Shown one piece after another: positions 49,053-63,392 of a DNA stretch of 64,000 nucleotides. The position numbers were made by a program, and so were the translations under genes. The notes below the pieces were generated by a model. That model had not been told where the DNA came from. It made no database searches and saw nothing but the letters and a program-made list of their open reading frames with translations. Source of the stretch: Escherichia coli (GTDB lineage Bacteria; Pseudomonadota; Gammaproteobacteria; Enterobacterales; Enterobacteriaceae); the NCBI RefSeq assembly GCF_044324785.1, contig NZ_CP172129.1, one strand, 5' to 3'. Each line of letters starts with the position of its first letter. Positions within the stretch are counted from its first letter, which is position 1.

Positions 49053-50425
49053 TGCCACGCATTAAACCTCTTCTGGTTCTTTGTGCTGCTTTACTGACGG
49101 TCACACCCGCAGCGTCAGCGGATGTGAACAGCGACATGAATCAGTTCTTTAACAAGCTGGGCTTCGCCTCCAATACCACACAGCCGGGCGTCTGGCAGGG
49201 GCAGGCCGCCGGTTATGCTTACGGTGGCTCCCTGTATGCCCGTACTCAGGTCAAAAATGTTCAGCTGATTTCCATGACGCTGCCGGATATCAATGCCGGA
49301 TGTGGCGGCATCGACGCCTATCTCGGCTCGTTCAGTTTTATTAATGGCGAGCAGCTGCAGCGTTTTGTTAAGCAGATTATGAGCAATGCTGCCGGTTACT
49401 TTTTTGACCTTGCCCTGCAGACAACGGTGCCGGAAATCAAAACCGCAAAAGACTTCCTGCAGAAAATGGCAAGCGACATTAACAGTATGAACCTCAGTTC
49501 CTGCCAGGCTGCACAGGGGATTATCGGCGGGCTCTTCCCCCGGACGCAGGTGTCCCAGCAGAAAGTCTGTCAGGACATTGCCGGTGAGAGCAATATTTTT
49601 GCTGACTGGGCGGCTTCCCGGCAGGGATGTACCGTTGGCGGGAAATCTGACAGTGTCAGGGATAAAGCCAGCGACAAGGATAAGGAGCGGGTGACCAAAA
49701 ACATCAACATCATGTGGAATGCGCTTTCCAAAAACAGAATGTTTGACGGCAACAAAGAGCTGAAAGAGTTTGTGATGACGCTGACCGGCTCACTGGTGTT
49801 TGGGCCTAACGGCGAAATCACACCCTTGTCAGCCAGAACCACTGACCGCTCAATTATCCGGGCCATGATGGAAGGCGGCACAGCAAAAATTTATCACTGC
49901 AACGATTCTGATAAATGCCTGAAAGTGGTGGCAGACACACCGGTGACCATCAGCCGGGATAATGCACTGAAGTCTCAGATTACTAAACTTCTGGCCAGCA
50001 TTCAGAACAAGGCTGTCAGTGACACGCCTCTGGATGACAAGGAAAAAGGCTTTATTTCCAGTACCACCATCCCCGTCTTCAAATACCTGGTTGACCCGCA
50101 GATGCTCGGTGTTTCCAACAGTATGATTTACCAGCTGACGGACTATATCGGTTACGACATCCTGCTGCAGTACATTCAGGAGCTGATACAGCAGGCCAGG
50201 GCGATGGTGGCCACAGGAAATTATGACGAAGCAGTTATCGAACATATTAACGACAACATGAATGATGCCACCCGGCAGATTGCGGCGTTTCAGTCACAGG
50301 TGCAGGTACAGCAGGATGCGCTGCTGGTTGTCGATCGTCAGATGAGCTACATGCGTCAGCAGCTTTCCGCCCGCATGCTCAGTCGTTACCAGAACAACTA
50401 TCACTTCGGAGGGAGCACGCTGTGA
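49049..50425 (+). CDS. traH: TraH
   Basis: 458 aa with a signal peptide, the same length as F TraH. Confidence 0.95.
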   Translation: MMPRIKPLLVLCAALLTVTPAASADVNSDMNQFFNKLGFASNTTQPGVWQGQAAGYAYGGSLYARTQVKNVQLISMTLPDINAGCGGIDAYLGSFSFINGEQLQRFVKQIMSNAAGYFFDLALQTTVPEIKTAKDFLQKMASDINSMNLSSCQAAQGIIGGLFPRTQVSQQKVCQDIAGESNIFADWAASRQGCTVGGKSDSVRDKASDKDKERVTKNINIMWNALSKNRMFDGNKELKEFVMTLTGSLVFGPNGEITPLSARTTDRSIIRAMMEGGTAKIYHCNDSDKCLKVVADTPVTISRDNALKSQITKLLASIQNKAVSDTPLDDKEKGFISSTTIPVFKYLVDPQMLGVSNSMIYQLTDYIGYDILLQYIQELIQQARAMVATGNYDEAVIEHINDNMNDATRQIAAFQSQVQVQQDALLVVDRQMSYMRQQLSARMLSRYQNNYHFGGSTL

Positions 50426-53243
50426 ATGAAGTTTATGTGATTGCCGGTGGTGAGTGGTTGCGGAATAACCTGAACGCCATTGCCGCCTTTATGGGAACCA
50501 GGACGTGGGATTCCATTGAAAAAATTGCGCTCACATTGTCTGTTCTCGCGGTGGCCGTGATGTGGGTACAGCGGCACAACGTGATGGATTTGCTGGGCTG
50601 GGTGGCCGTGTTTGTGCTTATCAGCCTGCTGGTTAATGTCCGCACATCGGTGCAGGTTATTGATAACAGTGACCTGGTCAAAGTTCACCGGGTGGATAAT
50701 GTGCCGGTCGGACTGGCGATGCCACTTTCACTGACGACCCGTATCGGGCATGCAATGGTGGCCAGTTACGAGATGATCTTCACGCAACCGGACAGCGTCA
50801 CCTACAGCAAAACGGGGATGCTGTTTGGCGCAGAACTGGTATCAAAAAGCACCGACTTTTTGTCCCGGAATCCGGAAATCACCAATCTTTTCCAGGATTA
50901 TGTGCAGAACTGCGTGATGGGGGATATTTACCTGAACCACAAATATACGCTGGAGGAGCTGATGGCCTCCGCTGATCCCTACACGCTGATTTTTTCCCGC
51001 CCCAGCCCGCTGCGGGGCGTTTATGACAGCAATAATAATTTCGTAACCTGTAAGGACGCTTCGGTTTCGCTGAAAGACAAGCTGAATCTGGACACACAGA
51101 GTGGCGGAAAAACCTGGCATTATTATGCCCAGCAGCTATTTGGCGGACGCCCTGATCCTAACCTGCTGTTCAGTACGCTGATTGGCGACAGTTACAGTTA
51201 CTTCTATGGCTCAAGTAAATCAGCCAGCCAGATCATCCGCCAGAATGTCACCATCAATGCGCTGAAGGAGGGGATCACCAGTTATGCCGCACGTAATGGT
51301 GATTCGGCCAGCCTGGTGAATCTGGCCACCACGTCATCGATGGAGAAACAACGTCTGGCACATGTCTCCATCGGTCATGTGGCGATGCGGACACTGCCCA
51401 TGACGCAGACCATCCTGACGGGGATCGCCATCGGTATTTTCCCGCTCCTGGTACTGGCGGCTGTCTTCAACAAACTGACGCTGTCCGTCCTGAAAGGCTA
51501 TGTGTTTGCCCTGATGTGGTTGCAGTCATGGCCAATGTTGTACGCCATTCTGAACAGCGCCATGACATTTTATGCAAAGCAGAATGGTGCACCGGTGGTG
51601 CTCTCGGAAATTTCACAGATACAGCTGAAATACTCCGATCTGGCTTCCACTGCCGGGTATCTTTCCATGATGATCCCGCCATTATCCTGGATGATGGTCA
51701 GGGGGCTCGGGGCAGGATTTTCCAGTGTGTACAGCCATTTCGCTTCCTCTGCTATCAGCCCGACCGCCAGTGCAGCAGGCAGTGTGGTTGACGGTAATTA
51801 CTCCTACGGCAACATGCAGACGGAAAACGTGAACGGCTTCAGCTGGAGCACCAACAGCACCACGTCGTTTGGTCAGATGATGTACCAGACCGGCAGTGGC
51901 GCAACCGCCACACAGACCCGTGACGGTAATATGGTGATGGATGCAAGCGGAGCGATGTCCCGGTTACCGGTCGGCATCAATGCAACGCGTCAGATTGCGG
52001 CGGCACAACAGGAAATGGCCCGGGAAGCATCGAACAGAGCAGAAAGTGCCCTGCATGGGTTCAGCAGCAGTATTGCCAGTGCCTGGAACACGCTCAGTCA
52101 GTTTGGTTCTAACCGGGGGAGCAGTGATTCTGTCACCGGTGGTGCTGACAGCACGATGAGTGCACAGGACTCCATGATGGCCAGCCGTATGCGCAGTGCA
52201 GTGGAAAGCTATGCGAAGGCGCATAATATCAGTAATGAGCAGGCGACTCAGGAACTGGCATCAACAAGTACCAGGCTATCTGGTGGAATGTATGCTGATG
52301 CTCATGCTGAATGGGGGGTTAAACCTAAAATTCTTGGTGTTGGTGGTGGGGTAGGCATCAGAGGTGGATTTAAGGGGAGCCTGGATGCAACGGATGATGA
52401 CTCACATTCAGCAAGTAGTGGCAGCAGGGCTACCCATGATGCTCGCCATGATATCGATGCTAAAGCCAGTAAGGACTTTAAAGAGGCCAGCGATTACTTT
52501 ACCAGTCGCAAAGTCAGTGAATCCGGCAGCCATACTGACAATAATGCCGATTCCCGCGTGGACCAGTTGTCTGCAGCCCTGAACTCAGCGAAACAGAGTT
52601 ACGACCAGTACACGACGAATATGACCCGCAGCCATGAATATGCTGAAATGGCATCCCGTACTGAAAGCATGAGTGGGCAGATGAGCGAAGATTTGTCGCA
52701 ACAGTTTGCACTGTATGTGATGAAACACGCACCGCAGGATGCCGAAGCTATTCTGACAAACACCAGTTCACCGGAGATTGCAGAACGCCGTCGGGCGATG
52801 GCATGGTCTTTTGTTCAGGAACAGGTGCAGCCTGGTGTTGATAATGCCTGGCGTGAATCCCGTGGGGATATTGGTAAAGGAATGGAGAGCGTACCTTCGG
52901 GTGGTGGCAGCCAGGATATTATTGCTGACCATCAGGGGCATCAGGCCATTATTGATCAAAGAACGCAGGACAGTAATATCCGTAATGATGTAAAACATCA
53001 GGTTGATAATATGGTCACAGAATATAAAGGGAATATCGGAGATACTCAGAATAGTATTCATGGCGAAGAAAATATTGTAGACAGACAATATTCAGAGTTA
53101 AAAAATAATCACAAACAGGAAGAAATTCAACAAAACAACAGATATAATGAAGAAAATAAACGACAGAAATTAATGCCAACACCGTCTGAAGATGCATTAA
53201 AACAGATGGTGGATGATAAGAAAGAACGATTGAAGGGGCCATT

Positions 53244-53247
<4 letters not shown>
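50422..53247 (+). CDS. traG: TraG (pilus assembly, mating-pair stabilisation, entry-exclusion target)
   Basis: 941 aa with a GTG start, a polytopic N-terminus and a large periplasmic C-terminus. Confidence 0.95.
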
Positions 53248-54944
<1,697 letters not shown>

Positions 54945-54965
54945 TTAGTTAAAAGGATATTTTGG

Positions 54966-55697
54966 ATGAAAACAAAAAAATTGATGATGGTTGCACTGGT
55001 CAGTTCCACTCTGGCCCTTTCAGGGTGTGGTGCGATGAGCACAGCAATCAAGAAGCGTAACCTTGAGGTGAAGACTCAGATGAGTGAGACCATCTGGCTT
55101 GAACCCGCCAGCGAACGCACGGTATTTCTGCAGATCAAAAACACGTCTGATAAAGACATGAGTGGGCTGCAGGGCAAAATTGCTGATGCTGTGAAAGCAA
55201 AAGGATATCAGGTGGTGACTTCTCCGGATAAAGCCTACTACTGGATTCAGGCGAATGTGCTGAAGGCCGATAAGATGGATCTGCGGGAGTCTCAGGGATG
55301 GCTGAACCGTGGTTATGAGGGCGCAGCAGTTGGTGCAGCGTTAGGTGCCGGTATCACCGGATATAATTCCAGTTCTGCCGGTGCCACACTCGGTGTGGGC
55401 CTTGCTGCCGGTCTGGTGGGTATGGCTGCAGATGCGATGGTGGAAGATGTGAACTATACCATGATCACGGATGTGCAGATTGCAGAGCGTACTAAGGCAA
55501 CGGTGACAACGGATAATGTTGCCGCCCTGCGTCAGGGCACATCAGGTGCGAAAATTCAGACCAGTACTGAAACAGGTAACCAGCATAAATACCAGACCCG
55601 TGTGGTCTCAAATGCGAACAAGGTTAACCTGAAATTTGAAGAGGCGAAGCCTGTTCTCGAAGACCAGCTGGCCAAATCAATCGCAAATATTCTCTGA
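54966..55697 (+). CDS. traT: Surface exclusion / serum resistance lipoprotein TraT (243 aa)
   Basis: [47 protein letters not shown]... with lipobox LSGC. The track ORF start at 54855 lies inside the IS. Confidence 0.96.
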   Translation: MKTKKLMMVALVSSTLALSGCGAMSTAIKKRNLEVKTQMSETIWLEPASERTVFLQIKNTSDKDMSGLQGKIADAVKAKGYQVVTSPDKAYYWIQANVLKADKMDLRESQGWLNRGYEGAAVGAALGAGITGYNSSSAGATLGVGLAAGLVGMAADAMVEDVNYTMITDVQIAERTKATVTTDNVAALRQGTSGAKIQTSTETGNQHKYQTRVVSNANKVNLKFEEAKPVLEDQLAKSIANIL

Positions 55698-55949
55698 TTA
55701 TCTTCCGGAGGCTGGTCTGACCGGCCTCCTGACTGACGCCTCGCTTTGCTCGTTGTCCAACCCCGGAAAGAAATAAAATAAATTTTATTTCTCCCCGGCG
55801 TTTCCGAAATAAATATGAAAACACTGAGCGGTTGTGCAAATTCTTTGTGCGACCGTGAAGTGTTGCCGGCGAAGCCGGAATTTAACGGTTATTAATCTTT
55901 TCATCATTAATAATCAGTCCGACTGACTTTTTTTCTTCGGAATATCATC

Positions 55950-58103
55950 ATGAGTTTTAACGCAAAGGATATGACCCAGGGCGGTCAGATTGCGTCCATG
56001 CGTATCCGCATGTTCAGCCAGATCGCCAATATCATGCTTTACTGCCTGTTTATTTTTTTCTGGATACTCGTTGGTCTGGTTTTATGGGTAAAAATAAGCT
56101 GGCAGACGTTTGTGAACGGCTGTATTTACTGGTGGTGTACCACGCTGGAAGGCATGCGGGATTTAATCAAGTCCCAGCCGGTATATGAGATCCAGTATTA
56201 CGGCAAAACCTTCCGGATGAACGCTGCTCAGGTACTGCATGATAAATATATGATCTGGTGCGGAGAGCAGCTATGGTCCGCATTCGTTCTGGCTACAGTT
56301 GTGGCACTGGTTATTTGCCTGATTACCTTCTTTGTTGTCTCCTGGATTCTGGGGCGTCAGGGTAAACAACAGAGCGAAAATGAAGTCACAGGTGGTCGTC
56401 AGCTGACGGAGAACCCGAAAGACGTTGCCCGGATGCTGAAAAAAGACGGCAAGGACTCCGATATCCGGATTGGCGACCTGCCGATTATCCGGGATTCCGA
56501 AATCCAGAACTTCTGTCTGCACGGCACGGTCGGGGCCGGTAAGTCGGAAGTTATCCGTCGTCTGGCCAACTACGCCCGTCAGCGTGGAGATATGGTGGTG
56601 ATTTATGACCGTTCAGGGGAATTTGTTAAAAGTTACTATGATCCCTCCATCGATAAAATCCTGAATCCGCTGGATGCCCGCTGTGCCGCCTGGGATTTGT
56701 GGAAGGAGTGCCTGACACAGCCGGATTTTGATAATACCGCGAACACGCTGATCCCGATGGGCACAAAAGAGGACCCGTTCTGGCAGGGTTCAGGACGTAC
56801 CATTTTTGCGGAAGCGGCGTACCTGATGCGTAATGACCCCAACCGCAGCTACAGCAAACTGGTGGACACACTGCTTTCCATCAAAATCGAAAAACTGCGT
56901 ACCTTCCTGCGTAATTCACCGGCGGCCAACCTGGTGGAAGAGAAAATTGAGAAAACGGCGATTTCCATCCGTGCTGTGCTGACCAACTACGTGAAAGCCA
57001 TCCGTTACCTGCAGGGGATTGAGCATAACGGTGAGTCTTTTACCATCCGTGACTGGATGCGGGGTGTCCGGGAAGATCAGAAAAACGGCTGGCTGTTTAT
57101 CTCGTCGAATGCCGACACCCATGCCTCCCTGAAGCCGGTGATCTCCATGTGGCTGTCCATTGCCATTCGTGGTCTGCTGGCAATGGGAGAAAACCGTAAC
57201 CGTCGTGTGTGGTTTTTCTGTGATGAGCTACCCACGTTACACAAACTGCCGGACCTGGTGGAGATCCTGCCGGAAGCCCGTAAGTTCGGTGGCTGTTATG
57301 TGTTTGGTATCCAGTCCTATGCCCAGCTGGAAGATATCTACGGTGAGAAAGCGGCTGCCACGCTGTTTGACGTCATGAACACCCGTGCCTTTTTCCGTTC
57401 TCCCAGCCATAAGATTGCAGAGTTCGCTGCCGGTGAGATTGGTGAGAAAGAGCACCTGAAAGCCAGCGAGCAGTACTCCTACGGTGCTGATCCGGTACGT
57501 GACGGGGTATCGACCGGTAAGGATATGGAGCGCCAGACGCTGGTCAGTTATTCCGACATTCAGTCTCTGCCGGATTTGACCTGTTATGTCACCCTGCCCG
57601 GACCGTATCCGGCAGTAAAACTCTCACTGAAATATCAGGCACGTCCGAAGGTTGCCCCTGAGTTTATTCCGCGTGACATCAACCCGGAAATGGAGAACCG
57701 CCTGAGCGCCGTACTTGCCGCAAGGGAAGCAGAAGGTCGTCAGATGGCCAGCCTCTTCGAACCGGATGTGCCGGAGGTTGTTTCCGGAGAAGACGTGACT
57801 CAGGCTGAACAGCCGCAACAGCCGGTGTCTCCTGCCATCAACGATAAGAAGTCAGATTCAGGTGTGAATGTTCCGGCAGGGGGGATCGAGCAGGAGCTGA
57901 AAATGAAACCGGAAGAAGAGATGGAACAGCAACTGCCACCCGGGATCAGTGAATCCGGTGAAGTGGTGGATATGGCCGCTTATGAGGCATGGCAACAGGA
58001 AAATCATCCGGACATCCAGCAGCAGATGCAGCGTCGTGAAGAGGTGAACATTAATGTGCACCGGGAGCGCGGGGAGGATGTTGAGCCGGGAGATGATTTC
58101 TGA
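55950..58103 (+). CDS. traD: Type IV coupling protein TraD
   Basis: 717 aa with two N-terminal TM segments and Walker A GTVGAGKS. Confidence 0.96.
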   Translation: MSFNAKDMTQGGQIASMRIRMFSQIANIMLYCLFIFFWILVGLVLWVKISWQTFVNGCIYWWCTTLEGMRDLIKSQPVYEIQYYGKTFRMNAAQVLHDKYMIWCGEQLWSAFVLATVVALVICLITFFVVSWILGRQGKQQSENEVTGGRQLTENPKDVARMLKKDGKDSDIRIGDLPIIRDSEIQNFCLHGTVGAGKSEVIRRLANYARQRGDMVVIYDRSGEFVKSYYDPSIDKILNPLDARCAAWDLWKECLTQPDFDNTANTLIPMGTKEDPFWQGSGRTIFAEAAYLMRNDPNRSYSKLVDTLLSIKIEKLRTFLRNSPAANLVEEKIEKTAISIRAVLTNYVKAIRYLQGIEHNGESFTIRDWMRGVREDQKNGWLFISSNADTHASLKPVISMWLSIAIRGLLAMGENRNRRVWFFCDELPTLHKLPDLVEILPEARKFGGCYVFGIQSYAQLEDIYGEKAAATLFDVMNTRAFFRSPSHKIAEFAAGEIGEKEHLKASEQYSYGADPVRDGVSTGKDMERQTLVSYSDIQSLPDLTCYVTLPGPYPAVKLSLKYQARPKVAPEFIPRDINPEMENRLSAVLAAREAEGRQMASLFEPDVPEVVSGEDVTQAEQPQQPVSPAINDKKSDSGVNVPAGGIEQELKMKPEEEMEQQLPPGISESGEVVDMAAYEAWQQENHPDIQQQMQRREEVNINVHRERGEDVEPGDDF

Positions 58104-61100
58104 TGATGAGTATCGCGCAGGTCAGATCGGCCGGAAGTGCCGGTAACTATTATACCGACAAGGATAATTACTATGTGCTGGGCAGCATGGGAGAACGCTG
58201 GGCCGGCAGGGGGGCTGAACAGCTGGGACTGCAGGGCAGTGTCGATAAGGATGTTTTTACCCGTCTTCTGGAGGGCAGGCTGCCGGACGGAGCGGATCTA
58301 AGCCGCATGCAGGATGGCAGTAACAGGCATCGTCCCGGCTACGATCTGACCTTCTCCGCCCCCAAAAGTGTCTCCATGATGGCCATGTTAGGTGGCGATA
58401 AGCGCCTGATTGATGCACATAACCAGGCCGTGGACTTTGCTGTTCGTCAGGTGGAGGCGCTGGCCTCCACACGGGTGATGACGGACGGACAGTCAGAAAC
58501 GGTGCTGACCGGTAATCTGGTGATGGCACTGTTTAACCACGACACCAGTCGCGATCAGGAACCACAGTTACACACGCATGCGGTGGTGGCTAATGTCACG
58601 CAGCATAACGGCGAATGGAAGACACTTAGCAGTGACAAAGTGGGGAAAACGGGGTTCATTGAGAATGTGTACGCTAATCAGATTGCCTTTGGCAGGCTCT
58701 ACCGGGAAAAACTGAAAGAGCAGGTTGAGGCGCTGGGCTATGAAACCGAAGTGGTGGGTAAGCACGGTATGTGGGAGATGCCGGGCGTACCGGTGGAGGC
58801 CTTTTCCGGACGCTCACAGGCAATCCGGGAGGCCGTCGGGGAAGATGCCTCGCTGAAATCCCGGGATGTGGCGGCACTGGATACGCGAAAATCCAAACAG
58901 CACGTCGATCCTGAAGTCAGAATGGCTGAATGGATGCAGACGCTGAAGGAAACCGGGTTCGACATCCGGGCATATCGTGACGCGGCGGATCAGCGTGCGG
59001 AGACCCGCACGCAGGCGCCCGGGGCTGTTTCACAGGAGGGGCCGGATGTGCAGCAGGCGGTGACACAGGCCATTGCCGGATTAAGTGAACGAAAAGTGCA
59101 GTTTACGTACACGGACGTGCTGGCCAGAACGGTCGGCATACTGCCGCCGGAAAATGGTGTGATTGAGCGGGCCCGCGCCGGTATCGATGAGGCCATCAGC
59201 CGTGAGCAGCTCATTCCCCTCGATCGTGAGAAGGGGCTGTTCACGTCCGGGATTCATGTGCTCGATGAGCTGTCAGTCCGGGCACTCAGTCGTGACATCA
59301 TGAAACAGAACCGGGTGACCGTACATCCGGAGAAAAGTGTCCCCCGGACGGCTGGTTACAGCGATGCGGTCAGTGTTCTGGCACAGGACCGTCCGTCGCT
59401 GGCCATTGTGTCCGGGCAGGGCGGTGCAGCCGGGCAGCGTGAGCGGGTGGCTGAACTGGTCATGATGGTCCGGGAGCAGGGGCGGGAGGTGCAGATTATC
59501 GCTGCTGACCGTCGCTCGCAGATGAACCTGAAGCAGGATGAACGGCTGTCCGGTGAGCTGATAACCGGACGTCGTCAGTTGCTGGAAGGCATGGCCTTCA
59601 CGCCGGGCAGTACTGTTATCGTTGACCAGGGCGAAAAACTCTCCCTGAAAGAGACGTTAACCCTGCTGGACGGTGCCGCACGTCATAACGTACAGGTCCT
59701 GATAACCGACAGCGGGCAGCGAACCGGTACAGGCAGTGCGCTGATGGCCATGAAGGATGCCGGGGTGAACACATATCGCTGGCAGGGGGGAGAACAGCGA
59801 CCGGCCACCATCATCAGTGAACCGGACCGTAATGTCCGCTATGCCCGGCTGGCAGGAGATTTTGCGGCCAGCGTGAAAGCCGGAGAAGAGAGCGTGGCAC
59901 AGGTCAGCGGGGTACGGGAACAGGCCATACTGACACAGGCCATTCGCAGTGAGCTGAAAACACAGGGCGTGCTCGGACATCAGGAGGTGACCATGACGGC
60001 ACTGTCACCGGTCTGGCTGGACAGCCGGAGCCGTTATCTGCGGGATATGTACCGCCCGGGAATGGTGATGGAGCAGTGGAACCCGGAGACACGCAGTCAT
60101 GACCGCTATGTGATAGACCGGGTGACGGCGCAGAGTCACAGCCTGACCCTGCGGGATGCGCAGGGTGAAACGCAGGTGGTGCGTATTTCTTCTCTGGACA
60201 GCAGCTGGTCGCTGTTCCGGCCGGAAAAAATGCCGGTGGCAGACGGCGAGCGTCTGAGGGTGACAGGGAAAATTCCCGGACTCCGCGTCTCCGGCGGTGA
60301 CCGCCTGCAGGTGGCATCCGTCAGTGAAGATGCGATGACGGTTGTTGTGCCGGGGCGGGCTGAACCGGCCACCCTGCCTGTGGCTGATTCACCGTTCACG
60401 GCACTGAAGCTGGAGAACGGCTGGGTGGAAACGCCCGGGCATTCCGTCAGCGACAGTGCGAAGGTTTTTGCCTCCGTCACACAGATGGCAATGGACAACG
60501 CCACCCTGAACGGTCTGGCCCGCAGCGGTCGTGATGTCCGGCTGTATTCCTCACTGGATGAAACCCGTACTGCGGAAAAACTTGCCCGCCATCCCTCCTT
60601 TACGGTGGTTTCTGAGCAGATAAAGGCGCGTGCCGGTGAGACATTGCTGGAAACCGCTATCAGTCTGCAGAAAGCCTGGCTTCACACGCCGGCACAGCAG
60701 GCTATTCATCTGGCGCTTCCTGTGGTGGAAAGTAAAAACCTGGCCTTCAGCATGGTGGACCTGCTGACAGAGGTGAAGTCGTTTGCTGCAGAAGGAACCA
60801 GTTTTACTGAACTGGGAGGGGAAATCAATGCGCAGATAAAACGCGGTGATTTACTGTATGTGGATGTGGCAAAAGGCTATGGCACAGGCCTGCTGGTTTC
60901 CCGTGCGTCGTATGAGGCAGAAAAGAGCATTCTTCGCCATATTCTCGAAGGTAAGGAGGCGGTCACGCCGCTGATGGAGAGAGTACCTGGCGAACTCATG
61001 GAGAAACTGACATCAGGACAGCGTGCCGCTACCCGCATGATACTGGAAACGTCCGACCGTTTCACGGTGGTGCAGGGCTATGCCGGTGTGGGTAAGACCA

Positions 61101-63373
61101 CACAGTTCCGGGCGGTGATGTCAGCCGTGAACATGCTGCCGGAGAGTGAACGTCCCCGTGTCGTGGGGCTGGGGCCCACGCACCGTGCGGTCGGTGAGAT
61201 GCGCAGCGCCGGCGTGGATGCACAGACGCTGGCGTCCTTTCTGCATGACACGCAGCTGCTGCAGCGCAGCGGAGAAACGCCGGATTTCAGCAACACGCTG
61301 TTCCTGCTCGATGAGAGCTCAATGGTGGGCAATACCGACATGGCACGGGCATACGCCCTGATTGCGGCCGGTGGTGGTCGTGCCGTGGCCAGCGGTGATA
61401 CGGACCAGCTGCAGGCCATCGCGCCCGGTCAGCCCTTCCGTCTCCAGCAGACGCGCAGTGCTGCCGATGTGGCCATCATGAAGGAGATTGTGCGTCAGAC
61501 GCCGGAACTGCGGGAGGCGGTATACAGCCTGATTAACCGGGATGTGGAAAGGGCACTGTCCGGGCTTGAGAGTGTGAAACCGTCTCAGGTTCCCCGTCAG
61601 GAGGGCGCATGGGCACCGGAGCACTCCGTGACGGAGTTCAGTCACAGCCAGGAAGCGAAACTGGCAGAAGCGCAGCAGAAGGCGATGCTGAAAGGCGAGG
61701 CTTTCCCGGATATCCCCATGACACTGTATGAAGCCATTGTCCGCGACTATACCGGCAGGACACCGGAAGCACGGGAGCAGACGCTGATTGTCACACACCT
61801 GAATGAGGACCGGCGCGTACTGAACAGCATGATTCATGATGCACGGGAAAAGGCCGGTGAGCTGGGGAAAGAGCAGGTCATGGTGCCTGTCCTGAACACA
61901 GCGAATATACGTGACGGAGAACTGCGTCGTCTCTCCACCTGGGAGAATAACCCGGATGCCCTTGCCCTGGTGGATAGTGTGTATCACCGGATTGCCGGTA
62001 TCAGCAAGGATGACGGGCTGATAACCCTGGAGGATGCGGAAGGTAACACGCGGCTGATTTCGCCCCGGGAGGCGGTGGCTGAAGGCGTCACACTGTACAC
62101 CCCGGACACCATCCGGGTGGGAACCGGTGACCGGATGCGCTTCACGAAGAGTGACCGGGAGCGCGGTTATGTGGCCAACAGCGTCTGGACGGTGACAGCG
62201 GTTTCCGGTGACAGTGTCACGCTGTCGGACGGACAGCAGACCCGGGTGATTCGCCCCGGTCAGGAGCGGGCAGAGCAACATATTGACCTGGCCTATGCCA
62301 TCACCGCCCACGGTGCGCAGGGGGCAAGTGAAACCTTTGCCATTGCGCTTGAAGGCACGGAAGGCGGGCGGAAACAGATGGCCGGCTTTGAGTCGGCCTA
62401 CGTGGCCCTGTCGCGTATGAAGCAGCATGTGCAGGTGTACACCGATAACCGTCAGGGCTGGACGGATGCCATCAACAATGCCGTACAGAAAGGAACTGCC
62501 CACGATGTGCTGGAGCCGGGGTCTGACCGGGAGGTTATGAATGCAGAGCGGCTGTTCAGTACGGCACGGGAACTGCGGGACGTGGCGGCAGGCCGCGCCG
62601 TTCTTCGTCAGGCGGGACTTGCCGGGGGGGACAGTCCGGCACGGTTTATTGCACCTGGGCGCAAATATCCGCAGCCGTATGTGGCACTGCCGGCGTTTGA
62701 CCGTAACGGCAAGTCAGCCGGTATCTGGCTGAACCCGCTGACCACGGATGACGGAAACGGGCTGCGGGGATTCAGTGGTGAAGGCCGGGTGAAAGGCAGC
62801 GGGGATGCGCAGTTCGTGGCCCTGCAGGGCAGCCGTAACGGCGAGAGCCTGCTGGCGGATAACATGCAGGATGGCGTCCGGATTGCCCGTGATAACCCCG
62901 ACAGCGGTGTGGTGGTGAGAATCGCCGGTGAAGGCCGTCCGTGGAATCCCGGTGCCATCACCGGTGGCCGCGTGTGGGGGGATATCCCGGACAACAGCGT
63001 CCAGCCGGGAGCCGGAAATGGCGAACCGATCACGGCAGAGGTACTGGCACAGCGGCAGGCTGAAGAGGCCATCCGCCGTGAAACGGAACGCCGTGCGGAT
63101 GAAATTGTCCGTAAAATGGCAGAGAACAAACCTGACCTGCCGGACGGCAAAACAGAGCAGGCTGTCAGGGAGATTACCGGGCAGGAGCGTGACCGGGCTG
63201 CCATAACTGAACGGGAAGCCGCGCTGCCGGAGAGTGTACTGCGTGAACCACAACGGGAACGGGAAGCGGTCCGCGAGGTTGCCCGGGAAAACCTGCTGCA
63301 GGAGCGTCTGCAGCAGATGGAGCGGGATATGGTTCGTGACCTGCAGAAAGAGAAAACCCTGGGCGGAGACTGA
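58103..63373 (+). CDS. traI: Relaxase/helicase TraI (1756 aa)
   Basis: [27 protein letters not shown]... with relaxase Tyr cluster and HxH motif (QLHTHAVVANV) and helicase Walker A GYAGVGKT. The length equals F TraI. Confidence 0.97.
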   Translation: MMSIAQVRSAGSAGNYYTDKDNYYVLGSMGERWAGRGAEQLGLQGSVDKDVFTRLLEGRLPDGADLSRMQDGSNRHRPGYDLTFSAPKSVSMMAMLGGDKRLIDAHNQAVDFAVRQVEALASTRVMTDGQSETVLTGNLVMALFNHDTSRDQEPQLHTHAVVANVTQHNGEWKTLSSDKVGKTGFIENVYANQIAFGRLYREKLKEQVEALGYETEVVGKHGMWEMPGVPVEAFSGRSQAIREAVGEDASLKSRDVAALDTRKSKQHVDPEVRMAEWMQTLKETGFDIRAYRDAADQRAETRTQAPGAVSQEGPDVQQAVTQAIAGLSERKVQFTYTDVLARTVGILPPENGVIERARAGIDEAISREQLIPLDREKGLFTSGIHVLDELSVRALSRDIMKQNRVTVHPEKSVPRTAGYSDAVSVLAQDRPSLAIVSGQGGAAGQRERVAELVMMVREQGREVQIIAADRRSQMNLKQDERLSGELITGRRQLLEGMAFTPGSTVIVDQGEKLSLKETLTLLDGAARHNVQVLITDSGQRTGTGSALMAMKDAGVNTYRWQGGEQRPATIISEPDRNVRYARLAGDFAASVKAGEESVAQVSGVREQAILTQAIRSELKTQGVLGHQEVTMTALSPVWLDSRSRYLRDMYRPGMVMEQWNPETRSHDRYVIDRVTAQSHSLTLRDAQGETQVVRISSLDSSWSLFRPEKMPVADGERLRVTGKIPGLRVSGGDRLQVASVSEDAMTVVVPGRAEPATLPVADSPFTALKLENGWVETPGHSVSDSAKVFASVTQMAMDNATLNGLARSGRDVRLYSSLDETRTAEKLARHPSFTVVSEQIKARAGETLLETAISLQKAWLHTPAQQAIHLALPVVESKNLAFSMVDLLTEVKSFAAEGTSFTELGGEINAQIKRGDLLYVDVAKGYGTGLLVSRASYEAEKSILRHILEGKEAVTPLMERVPGELMEKLTSGQRAATRMILETSDRFTVVQGYAGVGKTTQFRAVMSAVNMLPESERPRVVGLGPTHRAVGEMRSAGVDAQTLASFLHDTQLLQRSGETPDFSNTLFLLDESSMVGNTDMARAYALIAAGGGRAVASGDTDQLQAIAPGQPFRLQQTRSAADVAIMKEIVRQTPELREAVYSLINRDVERALSGLESVKPSQVPRQEGAWAPEHSVTEFSHSQEAKLAEAQQKAMLKGEAFPDIPMTLYEAIVRDYTGRTPEAREQTLIVTHLNEDRRVLNSMIHDAREKAGELGKEQVMVPVLNTANIRDGELRRLSTWENNPDALALVDSVYHRIAGISKDDGLITLEDAEGNTRLISPREAVAEGVTLYTPDTIRVGTGDRMRFTKSDRERGYVANSVWTVTAVSGDSVTLSDGQQTRVIRPGQERAEQHIDLAYAITAHGAQGASETFAIALEGTEGGRKQMAGFESAYVALSRMKQHVQVYTDNRQGWTDAINNAVQKGTAHDVLEPGSDREVMNAERLFSTARELRDVAAGRAVLRQAGLAGGDSPARFIAPGRKYPQPYVALPAFDRNGKSAGIWLNPLTTDDGNGLRGFSGEGRVKGSGDAQFVALQGSRNGESLLADNMQDGVRIARDNPDSGVVVRIAGEGRPWNPGAITGGRVWGDIPDNSVQPGAGNGEPITAEVLAQRQAEEAIRRETERRADEIVRKMAENKPDLPDGKTEQAVREITGQERDRAAITEREAALPESVLREPQREREAVREVARENLLQERLQQMERDMVRDLQKEKTLGGD

Positions 63374-63392
63374 TACAGGAAGATAAACGCTG